A stretch of DNA of 62,440 bases, the filler included, from Gonapodya sp. JEL0774 (taxonomy: Eukaryota), in NCBI GenBank assembly GCA_027604505.1. It is 17 parts of 17 records of this genome, joined end to end, with 100 filler letters (N's around TTAATTAATTAA, not from the genome) between each part and the next. Parts side by side here need not be neighbours in the genome. Positions count along the whole stretch, not along the records: positions 11,092 to 14,681 come from JADIIX010001233.1; positions 14,782 to 18,367 come from JADIIX010001234.1; positions 18,468 to 22,053 come from JADIIX010001235.1; positions 22,154 to 25,738 come from JADIIX010001236.1; 13 more parts are not named here. One strand, given 5' to 3'. Below the pieces are notes generated by a model. That model made no database searches and was not told the origin of the DNA. It worked only from the letters and a program-made list of their open reading frames with translations. The position numbers were made by a program, and so were the translations under genes. Shown piece after piece: positions 12,396 to 24,893 of this stretch; the stretch's first letter is position 1; each line of letters starts with the position of its first letter.

Positions 12396-13784
12396 ATGGT
12401 AGTCCCCAACAGCGCTCCACTCGAATCACGCACTGAAAATGCGGAAAGTCCAAGCGCTTTCGACCCTCTTCCTCGCTTCTCTTTCCTCGCCCTGCCACCT
12501 GAAATACAAGAGAAAATCGCCCTGTTTTGGACAGATTTTCCCCTCGGACTTCCCACAGATGCTCTAAACACACATCTTTCTCACCTTTTCGACCACCCAT
12601 CTGCGATCGCTCGGCGTGCCATCGCTCGCTTCGGGAAGCCTGCAAGGGCTCTTGCTGCTGAATGTCGCAGCAGCGTTGCCAGTCCCAGCGAACGGCGACT
12701 CATTGCCACGGATATCCTCATCCAACTTTGCGATGCCTCGAATGGACATTTGGATAATGCTTTTTTCGTGACGTGCGAAAAGGGTGACTTGCGGCGGACA
12801 CAGATGCTACTAACTGCGGGCGTAGACCAGCGCAGTCGTGTTCTTGACGCTGCCTTGGTTATTGCATCCACTGGCGGAAATATTGCTATCATGGAGTTGC
12901 TGTTGAGCACTGGAGCTGATGTTCACACACGAAATGAGCATGCAATCAGGTGTTCCGCGAGAAGTGGACACACAGAAGCTATTCGCTTGCTGTTGCACTG
13001 GGGAGCGGATTTGAATCCCCATGCTAATTCCGCTCTATTTGTCGCCAGTGGTGGCGGAAATCTGGAGGTTGTAAGACTGATTCTGGAAACGATCCCGAAT
13101 GTTAGTCCGCTAAACATGGCCATCGCCCTGAGCACCGCAAGTGAAAGCGGCGCAATCGATGTGGTCTCCTATCTGCTTAGCAAGGGAGCCATGATTGAGT
13201 TTAATGGATTTGACGCGTTCCGTAAGGCGTGTGAGCATGGCCATGCAGAAGTCGCGCGCACTCTCCTTGACTCCGATGCTGGCAAAGTATACCTTGAGAT
13301 ACCGAATATACTGGAGACAATGTTCAGAGAGGCTATTCCACGAGGCCACGTGAATGTTGTTCGGTTGTTGGCCGACAGGGGAGTCGATTTTCGCTACGAC
13401 AGGAACCGAGCGTTACGGTCTGCCTGCCAGAAGGGACACATAGGCATTGTGAGGGTGCTTCTCAGTAAAGGAGTGGATATTCATACCCCCAACAACGATG
13501 CTCTCCATCGTGCATGCGGCAACGGTCATTCTGACGTGGTCAACCTATTGTTGGAACATGGAGCTGACATCCACGCCAATAGAGAAGGCCCTCTTCGGTG
13601 GGCAATTGCGGGAGAGAAGGTGGAGATCGTGAAACTTTTGATCGAAAGGGGTGCGAACGTTTCCGCCGCACAAGAGGATTTGGTGCGGCGGGCAAAACGG
13701 ATCGGGAACGCGGAATTGGTTCGCTTGTTGGTTCATGCGGCGGACAACACATCCTTAGGGGGCGACGCGCTAGAGGGAACGTAG
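12396..13784 (+). CDS. Ankyrin-repeat protein with N-terminal F-box-like motif
   Basis: Intronless ORF. FLALPPEIQEKI is followed by about 10 ankyrin repeats (e.g. ALHRACGNGHSDVVNLLLEHGADIH). Confidence 0.9.
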   Translation: MVVPNSAPLESRTENAESPSAFDPLPRFSFLALPPEIQEKIALFWTDFPLGLPTDALNTHLSHLFDHPSAIARRAIARFGKPARALAAECRSSVASPSERRLIATDILIQLCDASNGHLDNAFFVTCEKGDLRRTQMLLTAGVDQRSRVLDAALVIASTGGNIAIMELLLSTGADVHTRNEHAIRCSARSGHTEAIRLLLHWGADLNPHANSALFVASGGGNLEVVRLILETIPNVSPLNMAIALSTASESGAIDVVSYLLSKGAMIEFNGFDAFRKACEHGHAEVARTLLDSDAGKVYLEIPNILETMFREAIPRGHVNVVRLLADRGVDFRYDRNRALRSACQKGHIGIVRVLLSKGVDIHTPNNDALHRACGNGHSDVVNLLLEHGADIHANREGPLRWAIAGEKVEIVKLLIERGANVSAAQEDLVRRAKRIGNAELVRLLVHAADNTSLGGDALEGT

Positions 13785-14045
13785 TTGGACTTCTCTGGAC
13801 GATTTATCGGGTGGATTGTATTATTTTTCTCAACCACCAGACAATTCAAAACGTTAGATTGATCATGAGAAAACTTATTAAATTTTAAATCTCACTCCAA
13901 CGCCCCAAACCCAATCGACGACACCCATTCGCCTTCAGAATGGACAAAGAAGGAAAACAAGCGTTCCAAACCTCCCATCCCAGTCGACCACGCCAATGCA
14001 ACGTTAAAATAGACAAAGAAGGAAATCATGAAGGGAACCATGAGT

Positions 14046-14681
14046 TCAACTGTCGCAGCTGAATGACGTCAAAGATCCTTCCACGTTGCATCCTTTGCCG
14101 CAATAGTCAGTACCGTTACCACACCATCCATCTTTGGGAAGCAGAGAAGGCGAGCGTCAGTACAACGTCAAACAGAAGAATACTTTGGCACATCTTCAAG
14201 TGACTGTGACTCACAGTAGCTGCAGCACCGTCCGTTCGTGGGGCACCTGAAGCCTCCGTTCGAAACACCGCACCGTCCATCAGGCGAGATCAGAGCGCGA
14301 GGGACGTTGAGAGAATGAAGGTAATCTGTCAAATTGCAGTTCGCCAACGGTTAGTTTCGCTAGACGATCGACGGAACGGGCAGTACAAAGACAGAGTACA
14401 ACATGTACGCACATGCCTGGATCAGCTCGTTCCCCGCTTTCCTGTATCCACTGTACGTCTTCAAGGATTCTTCCGGTACAGCTGCACAGGTTCCATTCGC
14501 TCCAAATACCCGCACGACCCTCTCCCTAGGGTCGTACTTTGGCCACTCCGCAACACCTGTGACGTTGACGAGCTCCGCGTTGGGGTCGCCGTGCTTGGCG
14601 AGGGAGGCCCACGAGGTGGCCATCCTGGACGAGGTGAGTCGGTCGGAAGGGGCAAGGGACGGTTCGAGGAAGCTGAGAGTG
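14046..14681 (-). CDS. Type-B carboxylesterase C-terminus fused to a hevein/CBM18 chitin-binding domain (5'-truncated, spliced)
   Basis: Exon 14681-14413: MATSWASLAKHGDPN...WPKYD. Introns 14412-14326 and 14214-14132 are both GT-AG, phase 1. The spliced product ends [52 protein letters not shown]. Confidence 0.82.
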
Positions 14682-15360
14682 NNNNNNNNNNNNNNNNNNN
14701 NNNNNNNNNNNNNNNNNNNNNNNNNTTAATTAATTAANNNNNNNNNNNNNNNNNNNNNNNNNNNNNNNNNNNNNNNNNNNNGATTTCGTGCTAAGTGTAC
14801 TAAAACATATTCCACTCAACGTACATGTTCAATCAGAAAGGAGCAGCCGTTCGGATCTCCAAGTATGTTCCGAATGCTCGTGCGCAAATGCAAATTTTCT
14901 TTTATTATTCGAAAGTGATTCCTACCCTACAGGGATACGGCCTCCTTGTTTGACAACGCGGAGGGCATTTGTGTTTTTGGGAGCGTTCGGGTGCCTCTAA
15001 TGCAGACCCAGCAGCATCTCCCTACGGTCACAGGCAATTGGACTTCCAAGCATGTGAGCGTTCTGGTCGGTGGTGAGCGTCTGCTTCTCTTCCATTGTAC
15101 CTGATTGTGTATTGACGTTGCATGAATGGGTTGTCATCGTCGTCAAGATCGTCTCAATGCCTTTCGCAACAGAGTCATGCTGAGAGACGGAGTGTCCGTT
15201 GTGCCAGTGGTGTTTTCGATTTCTATGTTCAGTACAACCCGAACCACCCCCGCGGTCATGACCTCGATGAAAATTTGGAGTTGGTTTCTGGCAGAGGATC
15301 GAGCGTGGATGCTTGTTGATGTCAGTAAGTCATGACATTGAAGTAAACAAGGCAACTATC

Positions 15361-16340
15361 ATGTTTGTTGCCGCAAATCTGATGTTTCGACTCCAGAGCG
15401 CAAGTGTTCACCCGCTCGCAGCATCCGACTTCCGTAGAGTGGCGAAAGCTGCCTCGCTTGCCTCATACATTCACCACGCTCAAGAAGAACTCTTCAAGGA
15501 CCTCCATCCCTCCGACACCGCGCCCCAGTGGGATCGCGTCCTAATCCGCGCAAATCGCAAATACATGATGGCCCGCACTATGGAGGAGCGAGAGCGGCAC
15601 GCAGGCAAACCCGTGAACTTGCTATCGCTAGTGCTAAAGCGGTACTGTAGCTTCGTAATGTGGGACCTGGGAAACCTTGGTTGTTTTGAAGCGAAACCCG
15701 CTGAGGAGGGCGAAAAAACTGCGATAGACGTCAGCGAAGAGGCCTTTGTAAGTATAACTCACTCGCAACAAGGTTTATGTAGCTCGCATACCCTCTGCCA
15801 TAATGATGATTCTTATGTTCACTCGTAATAGCGATCTGCCCTCGCTCTCCTGACATGCACCGACAATGAGACCGGCGACAACGACGGCTCCGTTTTCGCC
15901 CCCCTTGATCCACAACCTTTTACCTCGACGCTGCCAACTATAATTCCTGGGGTTGGTTTGGATCCGGCAGCCTCTCCTGAGCCGTTATCATGGATGGACT
16001 CCCACGCTCATCTCGTGCGAAGTTGGAGCACACCAGTTCGAGAGGAGAACGCGTACGGGGGGCTCAACATACAGAGTGTCGAACCTGGTACTACCTGGCG
16101 ATGTTCGGTCCCGGGTTGTACTCTGACTCGAACTGTGTATCTGAAAGTGAGTTTTCCATTTGTGTTTGAAACCCTCTCTCAATCACCAACGCGAATGCAC
16201 ACACGACAATTGATAGTTTGCATCGCAAATCACCAACGAAATTGAAGACCACCTGAGAGATCACGCGAAGCGACTTCTGCGTGACTGGTCACCGGTTGAG
16301 CGCCATTCAAACAATCCAATCCCTTCATATGCAAGATACG
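15361..16340 (+). CDS. Hypothetical spliced protein with possible C-terminal C2H2-like motif
   Basis: ORF 15313-15828 plus downstream exons WRCSVPGC...IEDHLRDH. Boundaries are uncertain. Confidence 0.35.
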
Positions 16341-16574
16341 ATGTTGATATCAAAATGAAATGACATAACCACGACATAAACATCACATGACTGTACAAGT
16401 TACTTTACAAATAATGTAATGATCCAGTTTTGCTTCTGAGAGTGTGGATATTAATTAGGGCGGGTCTAGCGCATCAAATTAGTGAGATAGAACTGACCGA
16501 GTACCAAGCCTCCGCGGTGATGATAGTACTTACATCTCTCGGCAATACTATCTTCAATTCCAAGTGTGGTTAAA

Positions 16575-17809
16575 TCATAGCTCCGGATGAACTCGAGGGC
16601 CGCCTCCTTGCTCGCCGTCAGAAACGTAACTGTAAATCGATGGCCTCCTCTTCAAAAGAACACTATACTCACAAAATTCGTCAGGGCATAGTCCTCGGCT
16701 GCGTTTTCCAGGTATTCTCGATGGCGGAATCGGCGTATGAAGGTAAGATTCGAGTGTAGGCGTGGGGGGTTGATGCTGCGTTACATAGGAAACATTGTAG
16801 ATCGACAGCACAAAGAAACGGTATTGCAATATCTTGACCACTCACTGTACAATTACCCAAATCAGCAGAGGGAGGAGTTCGTCAGCCGAAGAGGCCGTCG
16901 ATCTTGCAAATTCTTGTTCCTCAACCGGTTGTGGCGTGCTGTGGTGGGAGAGGACGTCTACGATCCCTCTTTGAACATTTAGAATGGCAGACACTTTCGC
17001 GGCCGGTGTGGTCAACGCGTCCAACGTCAGTAAATGAAGACCTATTGATGAAGTTGTAGGCTGACCGCTTAGCCAATTTCCTCAATTGAGTGATCCATCG
17101 TGACCGTCTGCTAACCACCTGCCAACTTCCGAATTTCGTCCGCTGCTTTCCATACATCCAAAAGATGAGGCCATTTCACTCCGGCCCCACCGCCAATATT
17201 AATGGCCGCGGCTCGAAACTGGATGCTCTCGTCCTTCAATCGTTGCCTGGGCATTGATCCCACCAAGTCCCTACCCGAGTGTGGAGTAGGACCTAAAATG
17301 TATTCGACGAGGTAGGACTCGATACGTTCGACAATGCGATTTGAGACTGGGGGCTTTGCAGATGGAGGGAGTGCCTTTTGGAGATAGGCTTGCTGTGAAC
17401 GGAGGTGTGCGTGAAGAAGAGAAACTATGGGATCCACAGAAGCATCCTCCATGGGACTAGTTTGTGACCAGGCTTGGCGAAAAAGCAGCTTGGAGAAGTC
17501 GGCTGTTGCTTCGACGACCGGTTTCATTCCCTTGACATTGAATATGGCATCTGATCCCGTGAGGACAAATGCCGGGTCGTGATCCAAAGTAGGAGTCCAA
17601 GAGGATCGCGAGGATCTTTGGAAAGAGAAAATGCTCCCTCCGGAAAATGAACGTCTGAACTCCTGAGGGTGTCTCGTCGATCCTGAGCCAGCTGCATTTG
17701 CAGTTGCTGCTCGATACCGGGACTGAGGGTCAGAGCTGACAGACGCGGAAGCGGACCGATCATCAAACGGCGAATCGGTTTTGAACATTTCAGGACGAGA
17801 AGGATTCAT
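16575..17809 (-). CDS. VPS9-domain protein (Rab5-family GEF-like)
   Basis: LDALTTPAAKVSAILNVQRGI and SADELLPLLIWVIVQ match the VPS9 core motif. Spliced; ends are approximate. Confidence 0.7.
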
Positions 17810-17907
17810 GTGATGGATCACATCAAACCAAATCAAAAGAAAGAAGGAGCATGCAGTGATCGGTCCGGAGCAAGAATGACTGAGGTCTTTTGTATTCCAC
17901 GCCAAAA

Positions 17908-18367
17908 TCAACTCAACGCTGCGATAACGGCCGCTCCAATACCGCTCCCATCTTTCCCAAGCTCAAAGGTTACTGCTGGTCCCATCACTGTGCCGAGTAA
18001 TTCAACCAACGTCTTCTCCATGTGATCCTTATAACGTGGATACAGTTCGTATACTGAGCCATCAACGGCGACGATTGTGCCTGAAAGAAAATCAAAGAAC
18101 AGCGTATGGGACAGAGGATGTGTATGCGTGAGGTTGTGTGCAGGTGACAACACTCAACAACCTACCCTCTGTGAGCTTCTGCTGAAGGACGAGCGCCGCA
18201 ACGCCAGCAACGGAGATCCTTGCAGATCGTACTGCAACCAGTTCTGAGATCTATTGGTGGCCGCGAGGGAATAAATGGTGAGCATACCTCGTCAGAGCTG
18301 TGACCCTCTCACCTCGAGCAACCACTCTCTCTCTTCAACGCTCATATCCACCCCCACTTCTCTCATG
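17908..18367 (-). CDS. Hexokinase, C-terminal part
   Basis: VRSARISVAGVAALV, VAVDGSVYELYP and KDGSGIGAAVIAA*. Confidence 0.92.
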
Positions 18368-18639
18368 NNNNNNNNNNNNNNNNNNNNNNNNNNNNNNNNN
18401 NNNNNNNNNNNTTAATTAATTAANNNNNNNNNNNNNNNNNNNNNNNNNNNNNNNNNNNNNNNNNNNNACGGGACGACAGTCGTTGTGCTCGTGGAGTCAC
18501 GTGACTCCGGCTAAACTCCCGCTTTTAGCCGTCGTCTCACAGCAATCTGTTGAAACGGAACACCATCTCAGCGGGTCTCTTTTCTCAGTTTTGCACATTG
18601 TTTGCTTGCTCAACAATACTTCTATATTGAAATATTGAG

Positions 18640-20061
18640 TGTTCAAAGTTCGAGCCTGAAACAAGCAGAATTGCAGGCAGGGGATTCATGTTTGTGTCTC
18701 ATGTTTTTGATCAAGACACAATTACTGTTTTGGAATCTGAAAATGTTATGAGAGTATCGTCCATCTTATTATTTGAGCTCCACAATGAAGTTAATTGGTG
18801 TGCAAAATCTTGCTGCGATTCAATTGAAACTCAGAGAGTGGAACAGCAGGTGTGTGGACCACACAACAGGGCATTCAGTCGGAGATGGCACATGAATTCA
18901 GCAGAGTGGGAATTGGAACAATCAAAGATATTTTTATGGGAAGCTTATATTCCCAGTCGCAGCTTTGTACAATCAATGTGACATGCAGGAATGAGCTTTT
19001 GATCAATCATTCTGTGAGTCACTCTTGTGACCATTCGAAGACAAAAAATGCTGGAGCGGTAGCTAATATTTATAGAGAAATTATGTTCACAAAGTATCAC
19101 AGTGCTGGGAGTAGTATTGGCTGCAAAAATGCAGAGTCACTTATTGAATAAGTTGACTCAAACATCAAAGGCACAATCTTGATTGAGCTAAACTCAGAGC
19201 AGTACATTGGCTCCTATTCACTTTCTACTACATTTTTGTGGTCAGAGTTGTGTGGGATTCTCCACTTTTCAGATTCAAGTGTCAATATATGTGCTGCAGA
19301 GTCTATTATTGCTCATTTCTGGCTCCTCACCCAATTCTCAAAGTGAATTGATCTGTCGCAGAATGGAATCAAATCTCCAGCAAAGAGAGAGTTTTTGAGA
19401 TAATGTGAGAGGATTGGAACTTTATCTCATCTCTGGGGAGAATATGTTTTGGCATTTGAAGCCCCAGGTGATTGAACCACCAGAGCCACAAAAGCACATT
19501 AGAATGGGAATTGGAGGAACAATTGCAAGCCAAAGCAAATGGTTGAGCTTTGAAACTATCATGCAGGTGCATGTGGAATGTCCCAAGGTGTATTCAACCA
19601 TGAGACTGCAGAAAGAAGAAGCAAACCAGAATGAGCTGTTATCAAACGGTTTGAGTGGGAATACAGATACTTTGCAATGCTTTCTTGATGAGACATCAAA
19701 TTATTGCAACCTTCAAGTTGCCATGTGGTATTTGTTGGACCTGTCAGACAGCACAATTGTTACTTCACATGCAAACTTTGCACAAGCTTGTGGATCTGTT
19801 GTCAAAGCCCAAAGCAGAGTACTTTTAGCAGAATGTGTTCATCATCAGGGGGAGTTCTTAAGTGCTATCAGATATTGCGATGTGCCGCATCAAGAGAAGT
19901 CACCTCACAGGGGGGAATATGGCAGTATTGCAGTTAACCACCATCTCTCAGATGTGTACAGAAACAAAATAGATACAGATTTTCAAACAGAGCAGCATTC
20001 ACTCAAAGATACAGAATCAAATCAGACATTGGATTCAAAACCTTTCAAGGAACATTGTTGA
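18640..20061 (+). mobile_element. Heavily decayed Ty1/copia RT-RNase H relic
   Basis: Degenerate motifs in the expected order: KQAELQAGDSCL, IQSEMAHEFSRVGIG, KYHSAGSSIG, GGTIASQSK and TLDSKPFKEHC*. AT-rich and CpG-poor. Confidence 0.4.
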
Positions 20062-20229
20062 TATATTACCTAAGTCCTTACCAAAGGAAACCTTTAAGAA
20101 ATACAGGGCCAAGATGGGAATGGTTGACGTTCAACGTGGATCATGAAGTACATGATCAGGGGGAGCTTTGGATATGCATGAGGTTGTGTGGTGTTGTTTG
20201 AATTATTTGTGTATACTAGATTAGCTGTG

Positions 20230-22053
20230 ACACACAGATGAGTGCGCTGGCGTGTAATGCACTAAGTTGCACACACAAGAGGGCATCTGTATTTGGACAA
20301 GCTGTGATCTCTTGCTTGCCTCACCACGGGCTGACAGCTCCCCCTACAAAAAAGGAATACATAGCCACTTCTGGATTTGAATTGGATCAAAATGATCTTC
20401 TGCAAAGCTTGAGTCATAGTACCCATGTAGACCATTGTTGACATGCTTTGCTTGGGATCATGTTTTCCAAGATATGTTATTCCAACATCTGGTGTCCCTG
20501 CAAGGTATTGCAGTAACCACATAAGAGCAGCCAATGTGCCTGACTGGGACTGTCTACAGCTTTGGAAAGGACCTTGACAGCAGCACATATGTCATATACG
20601 CCTGACAAGACCCACAAGACTTCGATATCGTTTAGTATCGATACCCTTTTTCTCTTCTGCTGTCTTTGGACAGTCCGCCTGTGATAACTTCGTTCCTGGT
20701 TGCATTGGGGTACTCACAGGCAAGCTGTCTATCATACTAGAGTCTTCAAGAAGCTCCATCACTTTTCTCCTGTGTTGATGTTGATAGTACGTGTGACAGG
20801 ATCTTGAACAACTTCCACACCAAGCCATATGCCAAGGTCTCCACTTTTGCTTTTAAGATGAGAAGCTAGCTCTGCTTCAAGGTCATTCAAGTGCTATTGT
20901 AGAAGAGAGATTGCCAGAAGGTCATGAACATGTCCACCTAAAATAATCTTGAGTTCTGTGTGACCAATCATTTTCAGAAACACTACAGGGTCAGTTTGCA
21001 ACTGCTTAAAGCCCATTCAATTCATGAGAATATCACTGAGAAATTTGAACCACACGTTTGCTGCCTGCTTCTAGCCATATAAGGACTTTCTCAGTCGGCA
21101 GACCAGATTTTTTCCTTGTTCAAACCCATGAGGTTGTTCAAGGTAAACCTCTTCTGAAAGGTCTCCATGTAAGAAAGCATTGGAAATATCAAACTACCTG
21201 ATATAGTACCCTTCTGAGCAGCTATTGCCAACAGTATGTGCCATGACTTTCCTATCATAACAGGTGGAAAGGTTTGGGAGAAGTCAATGCCTTCCTTTTG
21301 GTCAAAACCTCTTGCGACTCATCGTGCATTGAACTTTGAAACATGATCAGTTAACTTTTTGACGGCATAACCCCATTTTTCTGTTAGAACATTGTATGAA
21401 GGCAGTCTCAGTACCAACTCCCAAGTTCCAAAGTTGTTGAGCTCAGTGACCTCATCAATTTCAGCATCTTTCCAATGCTGAGCTTCCTTTGAAGACACTG
21501 CTTCTCTTTGATTCTTTGGAACTCTGATTGTGTCTGTGGTTTCAAGAGTAGCAATGTTTGCATCAGCAGGATCATATTGGGCAATGGGATCTGGGGATTC
21601 TTCCTGAGATAAGTCATCGGCACCTCTTTGCCTTTCTGAACTGGGATCATACTCCCCCTGGCCACAGGTTCTTTTGAAGCTGTTGAGATGAATTTGGGAC
21701 GGATACTCTCTTGTTTCTCTGTGCACACAATTTACTGTACAAAAAATACCCTTCACACGACACACAAGCCCTCACACATAACTCTCTATCACGTATTGGA
21801 ACCCCTGATATTTATAACCTCAACACTCCCCCTCAAACAAAAGACATCAAGTCTGAATGTTTGCAAACTCCCCCTGCTGATAAACTTGGCTTTCTTCTTG
21901 AGGAAACAAATTGCATAATTGCTCATGATCTCTCTCAATTAGAAGAGGTTGTTCTGAATAGACTGCATTTGATTCCGCAACAGGATTGGAAAATTCTTGT
22001 CTAGATCTCTTGCTTGGACCCCAGGAATAGCATTTAGGAATGACATAGAGACC
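20230..22053 (-). mobile_element. Degenerate Ty1/copia pol (RT and start of RNase H)
   Basis: VPKNQREAVSS..WKDAEIDE..GTWELV, KFNAR*VARGFDQKEGIDF, DISNAFLHGDLSEEVYLEQPHGF, CRLRKSLYG and RSGYVF. Same family as 3851-4570. Confidence 0.93.
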
Positions 22054-22153
22054 NNNNNNNNNNNNNNNNNNNNNNNNNNNNNNNNNNNNNNNNNNNNTTA
22101 ATTAATTAANNNNNNNNNNNNNNNNNNNNNNNNNNNNNNNNNNNNNNNNNNNN

Positions 22154-22722
22154 GGATGTCCGAGCATTTTACGAGGCGGGGGAGGGAAAGATTGGTACAG
22201 ATGAGACCAAGTTTATGCAAGTGAGTGTGGATCGCAAAGAAAAGGCCTAACTTTGCGAATAACTCTCCCGTGCTCGAATACAGATAATCGGCACCCGCGC
22301 TCCGAGCCATCTCGAGCAAGTCGTTCGGCAATACGCCTTGACATACGGACACGATCTCTCGCACGCGATTAAGAAGGAGATTGGTGGCGACTTGCGTAAG
22401 GCTCTCACCAACGCCGTACGCTCTCTGCAAAACCGCCCACTCTACTTGGCGGAGCTTTTTGATAAGAGCATGGCGGGCATCGGTACGAACGAGGAGATGT
22501 TGATCCGCCTTCTGGTTCGCACTCGGTATCCGAAGGTGAGCTTGAAGTCTCAAAGCATGTCTGAACTCTTTCTCACTTCATCGTTATTCATTTGTGTAGG
22601 TGATGTCGGCAGTCAAGGAGGCCTTCCTGTCCAAGTATGGCAAGACCTTAGCGAACCGTGTTGGAGGTGAAATAGGCGGAAATTTCAAAAAATTAGCCAT
22701 AGCAATCATTGAATCCGCATAG
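22154..22722 (+). CDS. Annexin, C-terminal repeats (spliced, 5'-truncated)
   Basis: GEGKIGTDE, AIKKEIGGDLRKAL, SMAGIGTNEEMLIRLLVRTR and YGKTLANRVGGEIGGNFKK. TAG at 22720-22722. Confidence 0.92.
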
Positions 22723-22868
22723 TCTATACCCACCGCAATGAGTTGAATATCTACTGGATGGTCAACAGGCACCCTATGTGTCGGTAAAACCGCCTTTGGA
22801 GTGTTCGGATCTTCCCCTTTTGCCCAACATATTGAGATCAGTCCCTCACAATGCAACAGTTCGCAATT

Positions 22869-24751
22869 ATGGAAATCCAAAGTCGACTTACAGTGCTGCT
22901 TTCGCGGATAGCGAATCGCGTGGATGCCCATGTCCCTCGTGTTCCCTTGTCCGTCAACGTCGGTGATGTCTCGGTCACGTTTCCTCCCCTTGTTGGGACA
23001 ATATTACTCCTTCTTGTGGGAGCACGCATTCTTCTGCCTATTTTGCGACTTATAAAATACTTCTGGAACATATTGAATGCTCCTCTTGAGTAAGTTTTTT
23101 GAAAGGGCCGGTTCCGACCTCATTACTCAGAATTGGTCACTGGATGGGATCTATCCCTAATACGAATGAAACAGATACACTTGGCATCCACCCGAAAACA
23201 ATGGGAAACGATACAATCTGGACGAGATTCCCACACCGTACCCGAACACGTGGTATTACTTTTGTATCGGACAGGATCTCCACCAAGGCGAAATCAAGGA
23301 GGTACACATTGTCGGCAAAACTTTGGTTGGCACCCGCTTGAAGGACGGCCGGGTGGTCGTAGCAGATGCGCTGTGAGTTGATCAACGCGCTTTTGATTAT
23401 GCCGTGCGACCCCACGAACAACCACTCGTTCCGCCAGATGTCCACATCTCGGAGCAAATTTCAGCACAGGTGGTAGCGTCGATCTCAATTCATCCTGCAT
23501 CACCTGTCCTTTCCACAAATGGAGCTTCTCACTCGAGAATGGGCAGCTTGTTCGAATACCTTACGCAGATCCCCCAGATGCAAAACTACCTTCCTTTGTG
23601 AGGCTTAAGACGTACCCTGCAGTGGAAAAAACTGGGATTGTGTTCGTGTGGCTGGATGCTGAAGGCCGAGAGGGCAAGGATATTCCGTTTCAACCGTTCG
23701 CGAGTGACATGTGGCAAGGTGGAACCAACGTCACGGACGGAGTCGGAGACCAACCAGTTTTGCTGGGCCAAAAACCTTTGTTGGCAGCTTCTGGAACAGG
23801 AAAATCACCAGGTGGTATTCTGCGCGAGCTTGCTCCGTGGCTCTTCTCTCCGCGCTACCACGGCCAAACAACACACCTGATAGCGACCCACATTCTCGAG
23901 ATTCCCGAAAATGGTGCCGATCTCCATCACTTCCCCGCCCTTCACACCCAATTTGCGTTCGCTCCGCTGGACTCTTTCATCGCAAGGATCATTAACCACA
24001 ACTTCACTGCGAAGTACAATGTCGCTCCCACCAGCCACTCCACGTACTTGAATGTTGAGCACCAGTTTGCCATCGCTGGAGTGAACATTGGCAGCGTCAT
24101 GAAGACCAGGGTGGAACAATGTGGCCCTGCTATTGCCATTCTCCGCATCAACTTCTTGGGTCTCACGGAAGTCATTATTGCAGAAACTCCGGTGGGTGGA
24201 AACAGTTATGCACATCTTTGCATTCACTGTGCTGAAATATCAATACCGCCCACCAATTATGTGGATAGATACCTGTCGCTCCGTTTCTCTGCAAAGTTTA
24301 TCACACCTGCTGGGCACCCGCGTGGTTACCCCGATTCGCAGTGAAGCCATTGTTTGCGGGAATGGTGGCGCAATACGAAAGAGATGCGGTGGTGTGGAGT
24401 ACGTTGATCGCGTTTGCGCGAAGTGCTTGTGTTTCGTCGCTAATCAGCGAGTCAATTTAACCTGCCGTACCATAGACAAAAAAGCTTTTGTCGCCAACCC
24501 ACCGTTTCCAAAAGAAGAGTCTACCATCGTCGCGTAAGTAATCCACATCGATCTGCATGTCTTCATGGTCCAATTACATATTTCGCCCGCATCCCATCAG
24601 ATACCGTCGATGGTTCAAACTTTTCGTCTCATCCAACTCCATCTCGGCACGCAGAGCCGTGGAAGAACACGTTGCAGGCACGATTGGTGCGAACAAGTTC
24701 CATCGGGACGAGAAAGGTGGTCGCACGTGCGAAGGAAAATACGAGTGGTGA
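22869..24751 (+). CDS. Rieske non-heme iron oxygenase, Neverland/DAF-36 (cholesterol 7-desaturase)-like
   Basis: N-terminal TM helix, PTPYPNTWY, Rieske motif DALCPHLGA...CPFHKW (spliced), iron motif EIPENGADLHHFPALH and C-terminal RYRRWFKLF. TGA at 24749-24751. Confidence 0.85.
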
Positions 24752-24893
24752 TCATAGCGGAGAAATGAAGATCTATCGCTTTGGTTTGTTTTGTATTTCG
24801 ATACAGTCTTTTGAATACTCTGTTTTGCCAATGCTACCAACTTCTTTCGTGTCGCTATACTATCCGTTCTGGGACATCACATTGCCGAGACCG

